Shown here: positions 38,613 through 47,761 of the stretch, piece after piece | Layout: each line of letters opens with the position of its first letter | Numbering within the stretch: position 1 is the first letter of the stretch | Origin: Candidatus Heimdallarchaeota archaeon | Lineage (GTDB): Archaea; Asgardarchaeota; Heimdallarchaeia; Heimdallarchaeales; Heimdallarchaeaceae | DNA: 64,000 bases | Reading direction: 5' to 3' | Assembly: GCA_016840095.1 (NCBI GenBank) | Contig: JAEOSZ010000066.1 | Coordinates: 13,627-77,626 of the forward strand | Program-made: the position numbers and the translations under genes | Notes under the pieces: model-generated | What the model was told of the DNA's origin: nothing | Seen by the model: only the letters and a program-made list of their open reading frames with translations | The model's database searches: none

Positions 38613-39020
38613 TTAACTTGAACTAACTTCAGAAACTAATTCTTCTAAGGTTTTGGAACCAACTTTTGAAACTTTCATGTTTATTTGATATGATGCTTCT
38701 GAAATAATATTTCCGCGAACTGCTTTTCTTACACGTTTGCCTTTTCGTGGAACCTTATATCCAACCCCACCTCTTAGTAGATATTTTCTTCTACTAGCAC
38801 CTTCAATACTTGATCTGTGGGGGAATCCATCTCTATCACTCCCGCCAGTAATAACAAACTCCCAAGAAGGTAATCCAATTACATTGCCTTCAACTTTAGC
38901 TCCAAGTTTTAAACCAATTAGAGCAGTTGCCTGAGCATCTCTAACAATCTTGGTGTGGCATTTACCTTTTTGATCTCCTATATTTAATTTAAACTCAAGT
39001 TGTCCTGCTTTTTGTGACAT
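38613..39020 (-). CDS. rps6e: 30S ribosomal protein S6e
   Basis: FKLNIGDQKGKCH..., GGSDRDGFPHR, RKYLLRGGVGY. ATG at 39020 is preceded by GGAG, and the GTG at 39029 is less likely. Confidence 0.9.
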   Translation of the reverse strand: MSQKAGQLEFKLNIGDQKGKCHTKIVRDAQATALIGLKLGAKVEGNVIGLPSWEFVITGGSDRDGFPHRSSIEGASRRKYLLRGGVGYKVPRKGKRVRKAVRGNIISEASYQINMKVSKVGSKTLEELVSEVSSS

Positions 39021-39059
39021 TTTTTGCACTCCATACGTAAGGGACTGTATATCTTATTA

Positions 39060-39073
39060 CTAAACTATAGCCA
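39060..39073. repeat. 14-nt motif CTAAACTATAGCCA, copy 1 (S6e side of the divergent spacer)
   Basis: Exact 14-mer repeated at 39232-39245. Contains the palindromic core CTATAG. Confidence 0.8.
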
Positions 39074-39215
39074 AGTGGTATGTTTTTAACAGTTTTTATC
39101 TTTAACTTATTTGCTTATGTCTTTCATTGTAGTTTTTCAATTACAAAAAAGCCCTTTTTTATTGATTTTGAACGATTTTTGGTTACCAAAAAATGAGTAA
39201 GAAAGTTCAGCCAAA

Positions 39216-39224
39216 CTTATATAC
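39216..39224 (+). promoter_or_regulatory. Candidate TATA box for tfb
   Basis: cttatatac lies ~45 nt upstream of the ATG at 39266. AGGTG is 6 nt before the ATG. Confidence 0.3.
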
Positions 39225-39231
39225 TCAATAG

Positions 39232-39245
39232 CTAAACTATAGCCA
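39232..39245. repeat. 14-nt motif CTAAACTATAGCCA, copy 2 (TFB side)
   Basis: Exact repeat of 39060-39073. Lies between the candidate TATA box and the tfb start codon. Confidence 0.8.
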
Positions 39246-39265
39246 GACTAACCTAAGGTGTTATT

Positions 39266-40213
39266 ATGGCTCCAGAACCTATTAACATTACCACTTCTTC
39301 TGAAACTTCTCTTCCAAGGTGTCCAGACTGCAATTCGCTAAAACTAACATTCGATTCTACTAGAGGTGAAATAAGTTGTGGGAGTTGTGGGTTAGTTGTA
39401 GAAGATTCATACATTGATCAATCAGCGGAGTGGAGAGCTTACTCAAAAGAACAACATATTAAAAGAGCTAGAACAGGAACCCCAAAAAACCTTCTAACTT
39501 ATGACCACTATGGAACCTTGATTGACTACTCAAACAAGGACATTTTTGGGAATTCAATATCTCCAGAAAAAGCAAGTCAGATGTTCAGATTAAGAACATT
39601 ACAACGCAGAGCAGTTCTTCAATATGGAACTGAAAGAAACTTACTACGAGCTTTGAATGAAATTAAAAGAATTAGTAGTCAATTGAACCTCACAATAAAA
39701 GTTAGAGAAACAGCCGCTATGATTTACAGAAAAATTTTAAGAACAGGCTTAGTTAGGGGGAGATCAACTGAAGCTCTTGTCTCAGCATCTCTCTATCTTT
39801 CATGTAGGCTGCACAAACAACCAGAAACTCTGGAAGATGTAGCAGATAAAACTAGATTAAGTAAGAAGAAACTTGCTAAGAATTTTAGACTTCTTCTCAA
39901 GCATTTAGACTTAAAAATGCCTCTTGCAAGTCCTGAAAGTAGCATTGCAAAGTTCGCTTCTATACTAAACTTCTCTACTAAAATCCTAAATGATGCTCAG
40001 TTGATTCTAACAAAAGCAAAAGCTGCAAAAATAACTGTTGGGAAGAATCCAAATTCCCTTGCTGCAGCTGCATTATATATTGCTGCCCTACAAAATAAGA
40101 CTAAATGTCCTCAGAATGAAATTGCTAAAACATGTCAAATCACTGAAGTTACATTAAGAAATAGGTACAAAGAGTTTATTCGTGTGCTTGATTTAAAAGT
40201 TAGTTTAAATTAA
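39266..40213 (+). CDS. tfb: Transcription initiation factor B (TFIIB homologue)
   Basis: N-terminal zinc ribbon CPDCNS..CGSCGLVV, B-finger/linker, two cyclin-fold repeats (GRSTEALVSASLYLSCR; NPNSLAAAALYIAAL). Confidence 0.95.
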   Translation: MAPEPINITTSSETSLPRCPDCNSLKLTFDSTRGEISCGSCGLVVEDSYIDQSAEWRAYSKEQHIKRARTGTPKNLLTYDHYGTLIDYSNKDIFGNSISPEKASQMFRLRTLQRRAVLQYGTERNLLRALNEIKRISSQLNLTIKVRETAAMIYRKILRTGLVRGRSTEALVSASLYLSCRLHKQPETLEDVADKTRLSKKKLAKNFRLLLKHLDLKMPLASPESSIAKFASILNFSTKILNDAQLILTKAKAAKITVGKNPNSLAAAALYIAALQNKTKCPQNEIAKTCQITEVTLRNRYKEFIRVLDLKVSLN

Positions 40214-40665
40214 CTAGTTCTAATCACTTTTTCAATTGTAATTCCAGTTACTTCTGTAATTGAACTTAAACTGGATTCAATTTCATCAACTTCAATTGTC
40301 AAATCTTTTTCTTGTAGGAAACCTTCCCAGAAACATCTATTTTCAACTAAACACAATCCTGTACTATATACCACTTTTGTAGCTATTTTGGAAATATTGT
40401 TCATAATTTTTGCAACGATTTCAGGTGTTAGTGGATAGATTTGAATACTCAATTTATATACATCAGAAGCTACTGGAAAGAAATAAATCGCACGAGCATT
40501 CATCGAATAAATGCTTAATATGTTACTTGTTTGTGTAACATCAGAAAGAGCTCCTAAAATTTCCTCTTTTACTTTTACATCTTCAGCAGACTCATATATT
40601 GTTGAATGTGTCAGTTCTTCCATATGTTTCACCGGATTGAAGTTTTTAGTTAAATTCTGATTCAA
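40210..40665 (-). CDS. Hypothetical protein (possible ACT-like C-terminal half)
   Basis: No diagnostic motif. The 3' end overlaps the tfb 3' end by 4 nt. Confidence 0.35.
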   Translation of the reverse strand: MNQNLTKNFNPVKHMEELTHSTIYESAEDVKVKEEILGALSDVTQTSNILSIYSMNARAIYFFPVASDVYKLSIQIYPLTPEIVAKIMNNISKIATKVVYSTGLCLVENRCFWEGFLQEKDLTIEVDEIESSLSSITEVTGITIEKVIRTS

Positions 40666-40748
40666 CTAGTATATATAAATCAATAGTTTTTGCATTTAAA
40701 CTCTTTCATCGAGAAAGACTAATAAAAAACTGCTGATAACTATTTACA

Positions 40749-41321
40749 ATGGATGTTCATTTTATCACTCACAATCCTTCAAAGTATGAAGAAGCTTCAA
40801 ATGTTGCTCAAGAATTTAATTTATCAATTAAGTGGTATGATCACGAATATGAGGAATTACAAGAAGATTCACTTGAGATCATTGCTCGTAAAAGCTGTCT
40901 AAGTATAATGCAAACGAAACCTGAACTTAAAGAACTTCATTTCTTCCTTGAAGATGCAGGACTCTTCATAAAATCTCTAAATGGTTTTCCTGGACCCTAT
41001 TCTTCTTATGTGTTTAACACTATTGGAAACAATGGAATACTAGATTTGATGAAAGATAAAGAAGACAGAGAAGCTTACTTTAAATCAGTAACTGCATACT
41101 ACGATGGAAGTACTATAGAAACATTTGTTGGAGTAACAAAGGGGATTATAACTAAATCATTGATAGGTGAAGGGGGGTTTGGTTTTGACCCAATTTTCAG
41201 ACCAGATGACAATAATCAAACCTTTGCTGAAATGACACTAGCAACCAAGAATTTATATTCTCACCGTCAAAAGTCACTTCGAATATTATTCACCTCCTTA
41301 ACCGCCTTCGCAAAGCAATAA
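40749..41321 (+). CDS. Non-canonical purine NTP pyrophosphatase (HAM1/ITPase)
   Basis: FLEDAGLFIKSLNGFPGPYSS, GFGFDPIF, SHR. Confidence 0.85.
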   Translation: MDVHFITHNPSKYEEASNVAQEFNLSIKWYDHEYEELQEDSLEIIARKSCLSIMQTKPELKELHFFLEDAGLFIKSLNGFPGPYSSYVFNTIGNNGILDLMKDKEDREAYFKSVTAYYDGSTIETFVGVTKGIITKSLIGEGGFGFDPIFRPDDNNQTFAEMTLATKNLYSHRQKSLRILFTSLTAFAKQ

Positions 41322-41333
41322 CCGGTGAAATTA

Positions 41334-41786
41334 ATGGCAAGAATGCACGCAAGAAAAAGAGGAAAAGCGAGTTCAACTCGTCCTTATAGAAATCAACCTC
41401 CAGAATGGATGACACACGATAAGGAATTCATAGTCAAAAAAATTGAAGAGCTTAGAAGACAAGGACAATCTTCTGCAATGATTGGAAATATCCTACGTGA
41501 TCAATATGGGGTTACAAATGTAAGGGAAGTCTTAGGTACAAAAATGCATAAAATTGTAGAAGACTTAAATTTACAACCAAAATATCCTGAAGATTTAGTC
41601 AATCTTGTTAGACAGGCTTCAAATTTAAGGAAACATTTGGAGGAAAATAGAAAAGACCTTCACAGTAAAAGAGGATTACAATTAATTGAATCAAAAATTC
41701 GAAGGCTAGCCAAATACTATAAAAAGAAAGGTGTTTTCCCACAAAACTGGAAATATGACCCCAATACTGCGGGACTTTTACTCTAA
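41334..41786 (+). CDS. rps15: 30S ribosomal protein S15 (uS15/S13e)
   Basis: MARMHARKRGKASSTRP..., GLQLIESKIRRLAKYY. Confidence 0.95.
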   Translation: MARMHARKRGKASSTRPYRNQPPEWMTHDKEFIVKKIEELRRQGQSSAMIGNILRDQYGVTNVREVLGTKMHKIVEDLNLQPKYPEDLVNLVRQASNLRKHLEENRKDLHSKRGLQLIESKIRRLAKYYKKKGVFPQNWKYDPNTAGLLL

Positions 41787-41844
41787 GATACGATATTCTT
41801 TTATCTTTTTATTTTTATTTTATTTTGTAAGATAGTGGTTACTT

Positions 41845-43320
41845 ATGTCATCTATGGAAGTTCCATTTGAGAAAATTCAATCTTTAAAGGACGAAGCAGG
41901 TAAGATTTCGGAACTAATAAAGGGTTTAGAAGAGAACCTAGTAATTATCTACAAAGCGAATCCAGATAATCTATGTGCAGTAGGCATTCTAGTTTCCTGT
42001 TTGAGAGAAATTGGTTTGGGGTGCCATTCAATATCTATTGATAATAGTTCAGATTTAGAAAAGCGAATAAAGAAAATAAACTACTCAACCCATGTGTTCG
42101 TAGGTTTTCAGATAAAAGAACTACCTAGTAATTTTCTCAAAGATGATTCAAAGAAGATAATTCTTGTAAACCATAAATTATCGATTGATAAAAGATTGAA
42201 GATTCCATGGGAAACAATCTTAAGTCTTTCATTAAAAGAACTTGAAATACCATTAGATGCTTTATCTAATTCAGGATTGGCCTATTTCATCGCTGAAGGC
42301 ATTACTGAAAACTATCCAAAATTCTCAGGATTAGCCTTGATTGGTGGTTTAGCTAATAAACAAGTTGACTCTAAGAGCCAGAAATTGATAGGCATCAATA
42401 GATTTATTCTTGAAGAAGGAAAAAAAGAAGAAATACTTAAAGAAACCGTAGGAACAAGGATATCTGGAAGAGAGAGTCTCCCTATTCATTTAGCTTTAAA
42501 GTATTCAATAAATCCATATTTTCCAGGTTTAACTGGAAGCGAAGAAGCTTGTACTTCCTTTGTATCTAGATTGGGAATTTCAATGAAAGATCAAGATGGC
42601 AACTGGAGAACCATTTCATCGCTTACAACAGAAGAAACTAAAAAATTGTATGATAGATTGATAGCTCTACTAGTTGAAGAAAAATCCCAATTCAAGACAG
42701 AATCGTTAATCGGTCCAATCTATATTATTCTTACAGAAACAAAAAAAAGCCAGACAAGAAATGCAGAGGAGTATTTGTGGTTACTAGATGGAGCATGCAA
42801 ATTGAGGAAATATGGCTTGGCCCTTGCTGTTATTTTAGGCGATAGAACAAATGTTTACGATGAACTTAAACGAAAAATGGACAACTATCATGGCAATGCA
42901 GCTCAGATAATAGAAAAAATTACACAGGAGAGTTCTATTGTAGAAAATAAGAAACATTATAGAATAATTGAGAATCAAGCTATTTTTGACTTAGAATCCG
43001 CTCCTCTTGTAATTAAAGCGCTAGTAGAAAGCAATATTATTGCAATTGATAAACCACTACTACTTCATTTGAAAGAGAAGAACATGAATTATTTGTACAT
43101 GCATGATTCTCCTAAGCAAATTCAAAAAGGACTTCAATTATATCATGTGATTCAAGATTTTATTAAAAGAAAAATACTTCCTGAATCAAGTTTCAAGGGA
43201 GAAACTGATTTCTTCAGATTAGTATTAACAGATGAGGATTATTTGACAATACTTGAGGAATTAGAAAAATCACTTAAGTATCATCATGATGGAACAAAAA
43301 CAGTTAGTAATTCGGAATAA
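41845..43320 (+). CDS. RecJ/Cdc45-family DHH-fold protein with degenerate catalytic motifs
   Basis: Motif I-like YKANPDNLCAVGILV (vs H.DaDG..S.aIL) and motif III-like IILVNHK (vs DHH). Size ~490 aa. Sits in the S15-RecJ-like-S3Ae position conserved in archaea. Confidence 0.5.
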   Translation: MSSMEVPFEKIQSLKDEAGKISELIKGLEENLVIIYKANPDNLCAVGILVSCLREIGLGCHSISIDNSSDLEKRIKKINYSTHVFVGFQIKELPSNFLKDDSKKIILVNHKLSIDKRLKIPWETILSLSLKELEIPLDALSNSGLAYFIAEGITENYPKFSGLALIGGLANKQVDSKSQKLIGINRFILEEGKKEEILKETVGTRISGRESLPIHLALKYSINPYFPGLTGSEEACTSFVSRLGISMKDQDGNWRTISSLTTEETKKLYDRLIALLVEEKSQFKTESLIGPIYIILTETKKSQTRNAEEYLWLLDGACKLRKYGLALAVILGDRTNVYDELKRKMDNYHGNAAQIIEKITQESSIVENKKHYRIIENQAIFDLESAPLVIKALVESNIIAIDKPLLLHLKEKNMNYLYMHDSPKQIQKGLQLYHVIQDFIKRKILPESSFKGETDFFRLVLTDEDYLTILEELEKSLKYHHDGTKTVSNSE

Positions 43321-43331
43321 AAGGGAAACAT

Positions 43332-43589
43332 ATGATCTCACATGAATCTAGCTTCAAAATTATTATCAAATGCAAAAATAATGAAATTGCCCAAATCATC
43401 GCTAAAAGCTTAGAACCAGAAAACCAACATGTTGATAATAATACCACAATCAGTATGCAAGTTAAAGATTGTAAATTGATTGTGCAACTAGAATCTTCTT
43501 CATCTGTTTCAACAATAAGAAATACTATCGATGATATAATCAGTACAATAAACACAGTTGAATCAGTCTACAAGAGTGTTAAGAGCTGA
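43332..43589 (+). CDS. Small Pcc1-fold-like protein (second Pcc1/Pcc2-type paralogue?)
   Basis: 85 aa with the pattern FKIIIKC..EIAQIIAKSLEPE..TISMQVKDCKLIVQLES..VSTIRNTIDDIISTINTV. This parallels the Pcc1 beta-alpha-beta-beta-alpha layout. Confidence 0.4.
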   Translation: MISHESSFKIIIKCKNNEIAQIIAKSLEPENQHVDNNTTISMQVKDCKLIVQLESSSSVSTIRNTIDDIISTINTVESVYKSVKS

Positions 43590-43701
43590 AACTCACCTGT
43601 TCTAAATCTCATCTTTTAGCTAATTTCAAAGATTATAATCAAACATAATCTTTAAAACTCAATTAAAGAAGAAGGAAAACAACAGTTTAGAGGTTAAACC
43701 A

Positions 43702-44358
43702 TTGTCATCTCGAAGACCAACTCGAAAATCTAAAGGAAAACCAAAAGTAGTAGACAAATGGAAAGAAAAATCTTGGTACGATGTAGCTGCTGCAAGTTAT
43801 ATTGTTGATAAATCCTTAGGGGAAACTCCAGCAAGTGAGCCTGAAAAATTATATGGCAGAGTAATTGAAATGGCTAGACTTGGAGTTGCTGAGGACATCT
43901 TTTATGATATTAATCTAAAGATCAGATTTCGAATAACAAGTGTTGAAGGAAATATTTGCAGAACTGAGTTTGATGGGCATGAAATAGCTAAAGAACAAAT
44001 CAGATCTCAGATTCGAAGAAATCGTTCAAAGATTGAAGCAATCCAAAATATTGTTACAAAAGACAGGGCAAGATTAAGAGTTTCATCTATCGTTATCACA
44101 CCTATTAGGTGTGGAACAAGCACACAAAAAGTTGTTAGAAAAGCAATTGAAGACTTAGTGAGAACAACAGCTAGAGCTCAAACATTTGTAGAATTTGCTC
44201 AAAGCATGATTAACGGATCAATTGCTGAAGAGATGAAGAAAGTTGTTAAAAAGATATATCCAGTAGTTATGGTGGATGTAAGAAAAAGCAAGGTTATAGT
44301 ACTACCTGGTGCTTCTACTGCTGCACAGCAAGTTGCAGCAACCGGCGTAACAGTTTAG
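43702..44358 (+). CDS. rps3ae: 30S ribosomal protein S3Ae (eS1)
   Basis: KVVDKWKEKSWYDVAAASYI... TTG start with GAGGT 8 nt upstream. Confidence 0.9.
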   Translation: MSSRRPTRKSKGKPKVVDKWKEKSWYDVAAASYIVDKSLGETPASEPEKLYGRVIEMARLGVAEDIFYDINLKIRFRITSVEGNICRTEFDGHEIAKEQIRSQIRRNRSKIEAIQNIVTKDRARLRVSSIVITPIRCGTSTQKVVRKAIEDLVRTTARAQTFVEFAQSMINGSIAEEMKKVVKKIYPVVMVDVRKSKVIVLPGASTAAQQVAATGVTV

Positions 44359-44380
44359 AAGATTAACTCTTCTATTTCTT

Positions 44381-45580
44381 TTATTTTACGGCAGAAACAA
44401 TTTTAACTATATCATTATTTTGCAACTCGTAATCTGCACCTACTCTTCTACCAGATGGGGCTAATGTTCCATGAATGAAGTTTTTTGCGAAATCAGTATG
44501 AACTTTTCCAGCAAGTTCTTTGGCAGTAGTTCCTTTTGGAACCAAATATGCATCAGGGAGAATATTTCCTGACTTATCCGTAAATTTTGAAACATCTTCT
44601 ACAGGAAAAACGACTATCATATTGAATAAATTAAAGATAACATGAGATAGTATTTCTTGTACTCCAGTAGAACCATATTTCTGAAGTATATCAGAATTAA
44701 TCTTTTCTAGAAGTTCTACTTTTTTATCCCCTAGTTTTTCTTGATCTAGTATCTTAAAACTCGGATCTCCAGGAGTATATGAAAGAGTAGAATTTTCTTG
44801 TTCAGTTCTTAAAAAAACTTCAGCTAAAGATGAAGCTGGAAAGACATCACTATTTAGTTCTTCTTTCATTTTAGAAAAATTCTTGTGTGAAGAAGGCAGA
44901 TCAATTTTATTAGCTACTATAACTAGAGGTTTTGCTTTTTCTCTTATTGTAGTTATTAATTCATCTAGTTTTTCATCCCAAGTATTCGCATCATCATCTA
45001 TAATTCCAACTTCTCTGATAGATACTTCAATTGTTTGTTTTTTTATTGCTAATCCTGTTAATTTCTCATGTAAAAGCATTGAAAATTTAATTTTTTCAGC
45101 AGAAGCTTTCTTCTTCATGGTAACATAATCTCGATTTATAATTGCCTTTATCCAAGCATCAATTTCTTTCTCAAGGAATTTAACATCATCCAAAGGATCC
45201 CAAGTTCCTTTATCTATTTGGTTCCCTTCAGCATCTAAAGAACCACTTGCATCTACAACATGAATCAGAACATCAGCTTGTCTTAAATCATCTAGGAATT
45301 GGTTACCTAGTCCTCTACCTTCAGAAGCACCAGGAACTAATCCAGCTACATCTAGAAACTGTACAGGAAGATAACGAATTCCTTCCTTACAGAGAGAATT
45401 TTTAGGTGTATCTTCAACATTAAGTTCTTTACAAACGCATGGACTCCTCACATAAGCTGTTCCTCTATTCGGATCTTTTGTTGTAAAAGGATAATCCCCT
45501 ACCTTTGCGTTCACCATCGTAAGAGCATTAAGAAATGTGCTTTTTCCAGAACTAGGTTTTCCTACTATTCCAACTAACAT
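44381..45580 (-). CDS. Obg-family GTPase, YchF/Ygr210-like, with C-terminal TGS domain
   Basis: G1 [10 protein letters not shown]2 YPFTT, G3 DVAGLV, G4 NKID, C-terminal TGS-like ..[16 protein letters not shown] at 45580 (MLVGIVGK) preferred. Confidence 0.8.
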   Translation of the reverse strand: MLVGIVGKPSSGKSTFLNALTMVNAKVGDYPFTTKDPNRGTAYVRSPCVCKELNVEDTPKNSLCKEGIRYLPVQFLDVAGLVPGASEGRGLGNQFLDDLRQADVLIHVVDASGSLDAEGNQIDKGTWDPLDDVKFLEKEIDAWIKAIINRDYVTMKKKASAEKIKFSMLLHEKLTGLAIKKQTIEVSIREVGIIDDDANTWDEKLDELITTIREKAKPLVIVANKIDLPSSHKNFSKMKEELNSDVFPASSLAEVFLRTEQENSTLSYTPGDPSFKILDQEKLGDKKVELLEKINSDILQKYGSTGVQEILSHVIFNLFNMIVVFPVEDVSKFTDKSGNILPDAYLVPKGTTAKELAGKVHTDFAKNFIHGTLAPSGRRVGADYELQNNDIVKIVSAVK

Positions 45581-45698
45581 TACTAGTCTAATTTCATCCA
45601 AAAATAAAGACTTTTTGTATAAATGAGTATTTTTCGAAAAAACCGGCAATATGATACATAATCTCAATCTTTTTTAGTGTACCAAAGTTCAATAATAT

Positions 45699-46052
45699 AT
45701 GTCTGATAGAAGACAATCCAGTGAAGAAGGAGACGATAAGGAAGATTTCCAGAGTCATTTTCCAGCCATATTTAAAGAAATAATGGAAGGAGAAAACCAA
45801 ATAGAAGAAGAGGAAAGAAGAACTACTACTGGAACTAAAAAGGTAAGAAAATTCCAAGGTTACACACCTAGTGTAATAGATTTTATTTGTCGATGTTCAA
45901 CTGAAGAGGAAGCTAGGGAAATCATTGACTACATGTATAAAAAAGGCGATATTTCTGAAAAAATTGCAAATGAGTTGAAAAAACAACTAAAAGAAAAAGG
46001 TTTAGATTTTTTTGGAGAACACAGAGCTCCAGGTTATTATGAAAGAGCTTGA
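45699..46052 (+). CDS. Conserved archaeal small protein (DUF2095-like)
   Basis: YTPSVIDFICRCSTEEEAREIIDYMYKKGDISEKIANELKKQLKEKG...PGYYER resembles that family from memory. Confidence 0.4.
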   Translation: MSDRRQSSEEGDDKEDFQSHFPAIFKEIMEGENQIEEEERRTTTGTKKVRKFQGYTPSVIDFICRCSTEEEAREIIDYMYKKGDISEKIANELKKQLKEKGLDFFGEHRAPGYYERA

Positions 46053-46072
46053 AAAAAAAGTTAGAGAAGGTG

Positions 46073-47287
46073 TTATTCCTTCTTATATGCAATATCACCG
46101 TCAATGAAGGTTACTTTATTTTCAGCGTAGAAATCTTCGAGGGGATGATTAGTCCAGATAACAATATCAGCATCCTTTCCAGCTTCAAGTGTTCCAACAC
46201 GATCACTTACTCCAATCATTTCAGCGGCATTGATAGTTATTGCTTTTAATGCTTCATTTACAGGTAATCCTTCTTTAATTGCCATACAAGGCAGTATTTG
46301 GAAGTGTTTTAATCGAGTAAAGGAATCACTTTGAATTGATATTTTTACACCAGCTTTCCACAATATCCTAGGGGTTTCAAAACTGATATTGCGCAATTCA
46401 ACTTTTTCAAAACCTACAAGTGATGGACCTACTGATACAGGGACACCTTTTTTAGCAATATAATCTGCAATCTTATGACCTTCAGTTGCATGCACAAGCA
46501 TCATGTCAATATTAAATTCCTCTGCTAGTCTTATTGCTGTTACAATATCATTTGCTTGATGACAATGGAAGTTCAATGGTATTTCTTTGTTTAAAACTTT
46601 GAGTAGCATTTCTTTGTTTAGTTCTCTATCTGGCTCTGAAGGTATCTTATCTAGTTCATCTTTTTCTTCTGCCTGCTTCTTCTTTGATTCATATTCATCC
46701 CATTTCTTTCCATAATTTTGAGCATCTACAAAGGCTTTTCTAAATACTGCTGCTGTCCCCATTCTTGTTGAAGGTAGTTTCTTATCTGTTCCATATACTC
46801 TCTTAGGATTTTCTCCTAATGCAGCTTTCATAGATGATGGGGTCTTTACAATTAAATCATCTACTATTTTACTCTTACAATATGTTTTGATTATAGTGTC
46901 AGTTCCGCCTATAACATTTCCACTTCCTGGACCAGTTTGAATTGTGGTAACTCCACCTATTCGTGCTTCTTCTAAACCAGGATCTTCTGGGTTGATTGCA
47001 TCTAATGCTCTCACATGTGCAGTATTTGGGTCTGTCATTTCATTTCCATCAAATCCTGCCCAACCTATACTCCCATCAAACAATCCTTGGTGAGTATGGG
47101 AATCAATAAAACCAGGAAGAACATGATTTCCAGTTGCATCAATTATCTCGTAGCCTTCTGGAATATTTGCTTCTCCTTCACTAATGCTTTCTATTTTGCC
47201 ATCCTTAATCAAAATAGTACCTTTTTCGATTATTTCTGCATCTTTGTTTACTGTATAAATTTTACCATTAGTAATTGCGTAGTTCAT
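46073..47287 (-). CDS. Metal-dependent amidohydrolase
   Basis: PGFIDSHTHQG (HxH), later H and D ligands (HCHQAND, LVHATEGH, IQSDS), 404 aa. Confidence 0.8.
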   Translation of the reverse strand: MNYAITNGKIYTVNKDAEIIEKGTILIKDGKIESISEGEANIPEGYEIIDATGNHVLPGFIDSHTHQGLFDGSIGWAGFDGNEMTDPNTAHVRALDAINPEDPGLEEARIGGVTTIQTGPGSGNVIGGTDTIIKTYCKSKIVDDLIVKTPSSMKAALGENPKRVYGTDKKLPSTRMGTAAVFRKAFVDAQNYGKKWDEYESKKKQAEEKDELDKIPSEPDRELNKEMLLKVLNKEIPLNFHCHQANDIVTAIRLAEEFNIDMMLVHATEGHKIADYIAKKGVPVSVGPSLVGFEKVELRNISFETPRILWKAGVKISIQSDSFTRLKHFQILPCMAIKEGLPVNEALKAITINAAEMIGVSDRVGTLEAGKDADIVIWTNHPLEDFYAENKVTFIDGDIAYKKE

Positions 47288-47403
47288 TCTAATTTTCTTC
47301 TTTCAAATAAACTTTTAAACTGATTCCTCTGGATATGGCTTTCCAAACCTCAAAGAGAGGAGGGTTTAAAAATTGAATTATCTGTTAACCATCAGTGAAT
47401 ATA

Positions 47404-47733
47404 ATGACTACAGATTTAACAGAAAAACTGAAAGAATTTGGTAAAGAAATGAAGGATTGGGACAAGAAAAAGACAAGTGTCTCAGGAGTAACCATTGTGA
47501 AATTACCTACAAAAGGAGATGACATTAATCTTGGTTTAGAAATCAATCCAGAAAGAGAAGATGGAACTCCGCTTAAGAGAAAGGGTTTATTTATTACTTC
47601 TCTTGAACAATGGGAAGCATTTAAGGAAATTTTCTCAAATACTAAGGCATTTGATCTCATTCAAAGTATCAACAATTTAAAAACACCAAAAACAGTAGCT
47701 CCAGAAGAAGCAGAAGAAGTTTTTGAAGTATAA
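47404..47733 (+). CDS. Hypothetical protein
   Basis: Open frame with plausible composition and no motif. ATG at 47404 within the track ORF that starts at GTG 47395. Confidence 0.35.
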   Translation: MTTDLTEKLKEFGKEMKDWDKKKTSVSGVTIVKLPTKGDDINLGLEINPEREDGTPLKRKGLFITSLEQWEAFKEIFSNTKAFDLIQSINNLKTPKTVAPEEAEEVFEV

Positions 47734-47761
47734 TCAACTATACCCAAGGTGACAAAATAGA

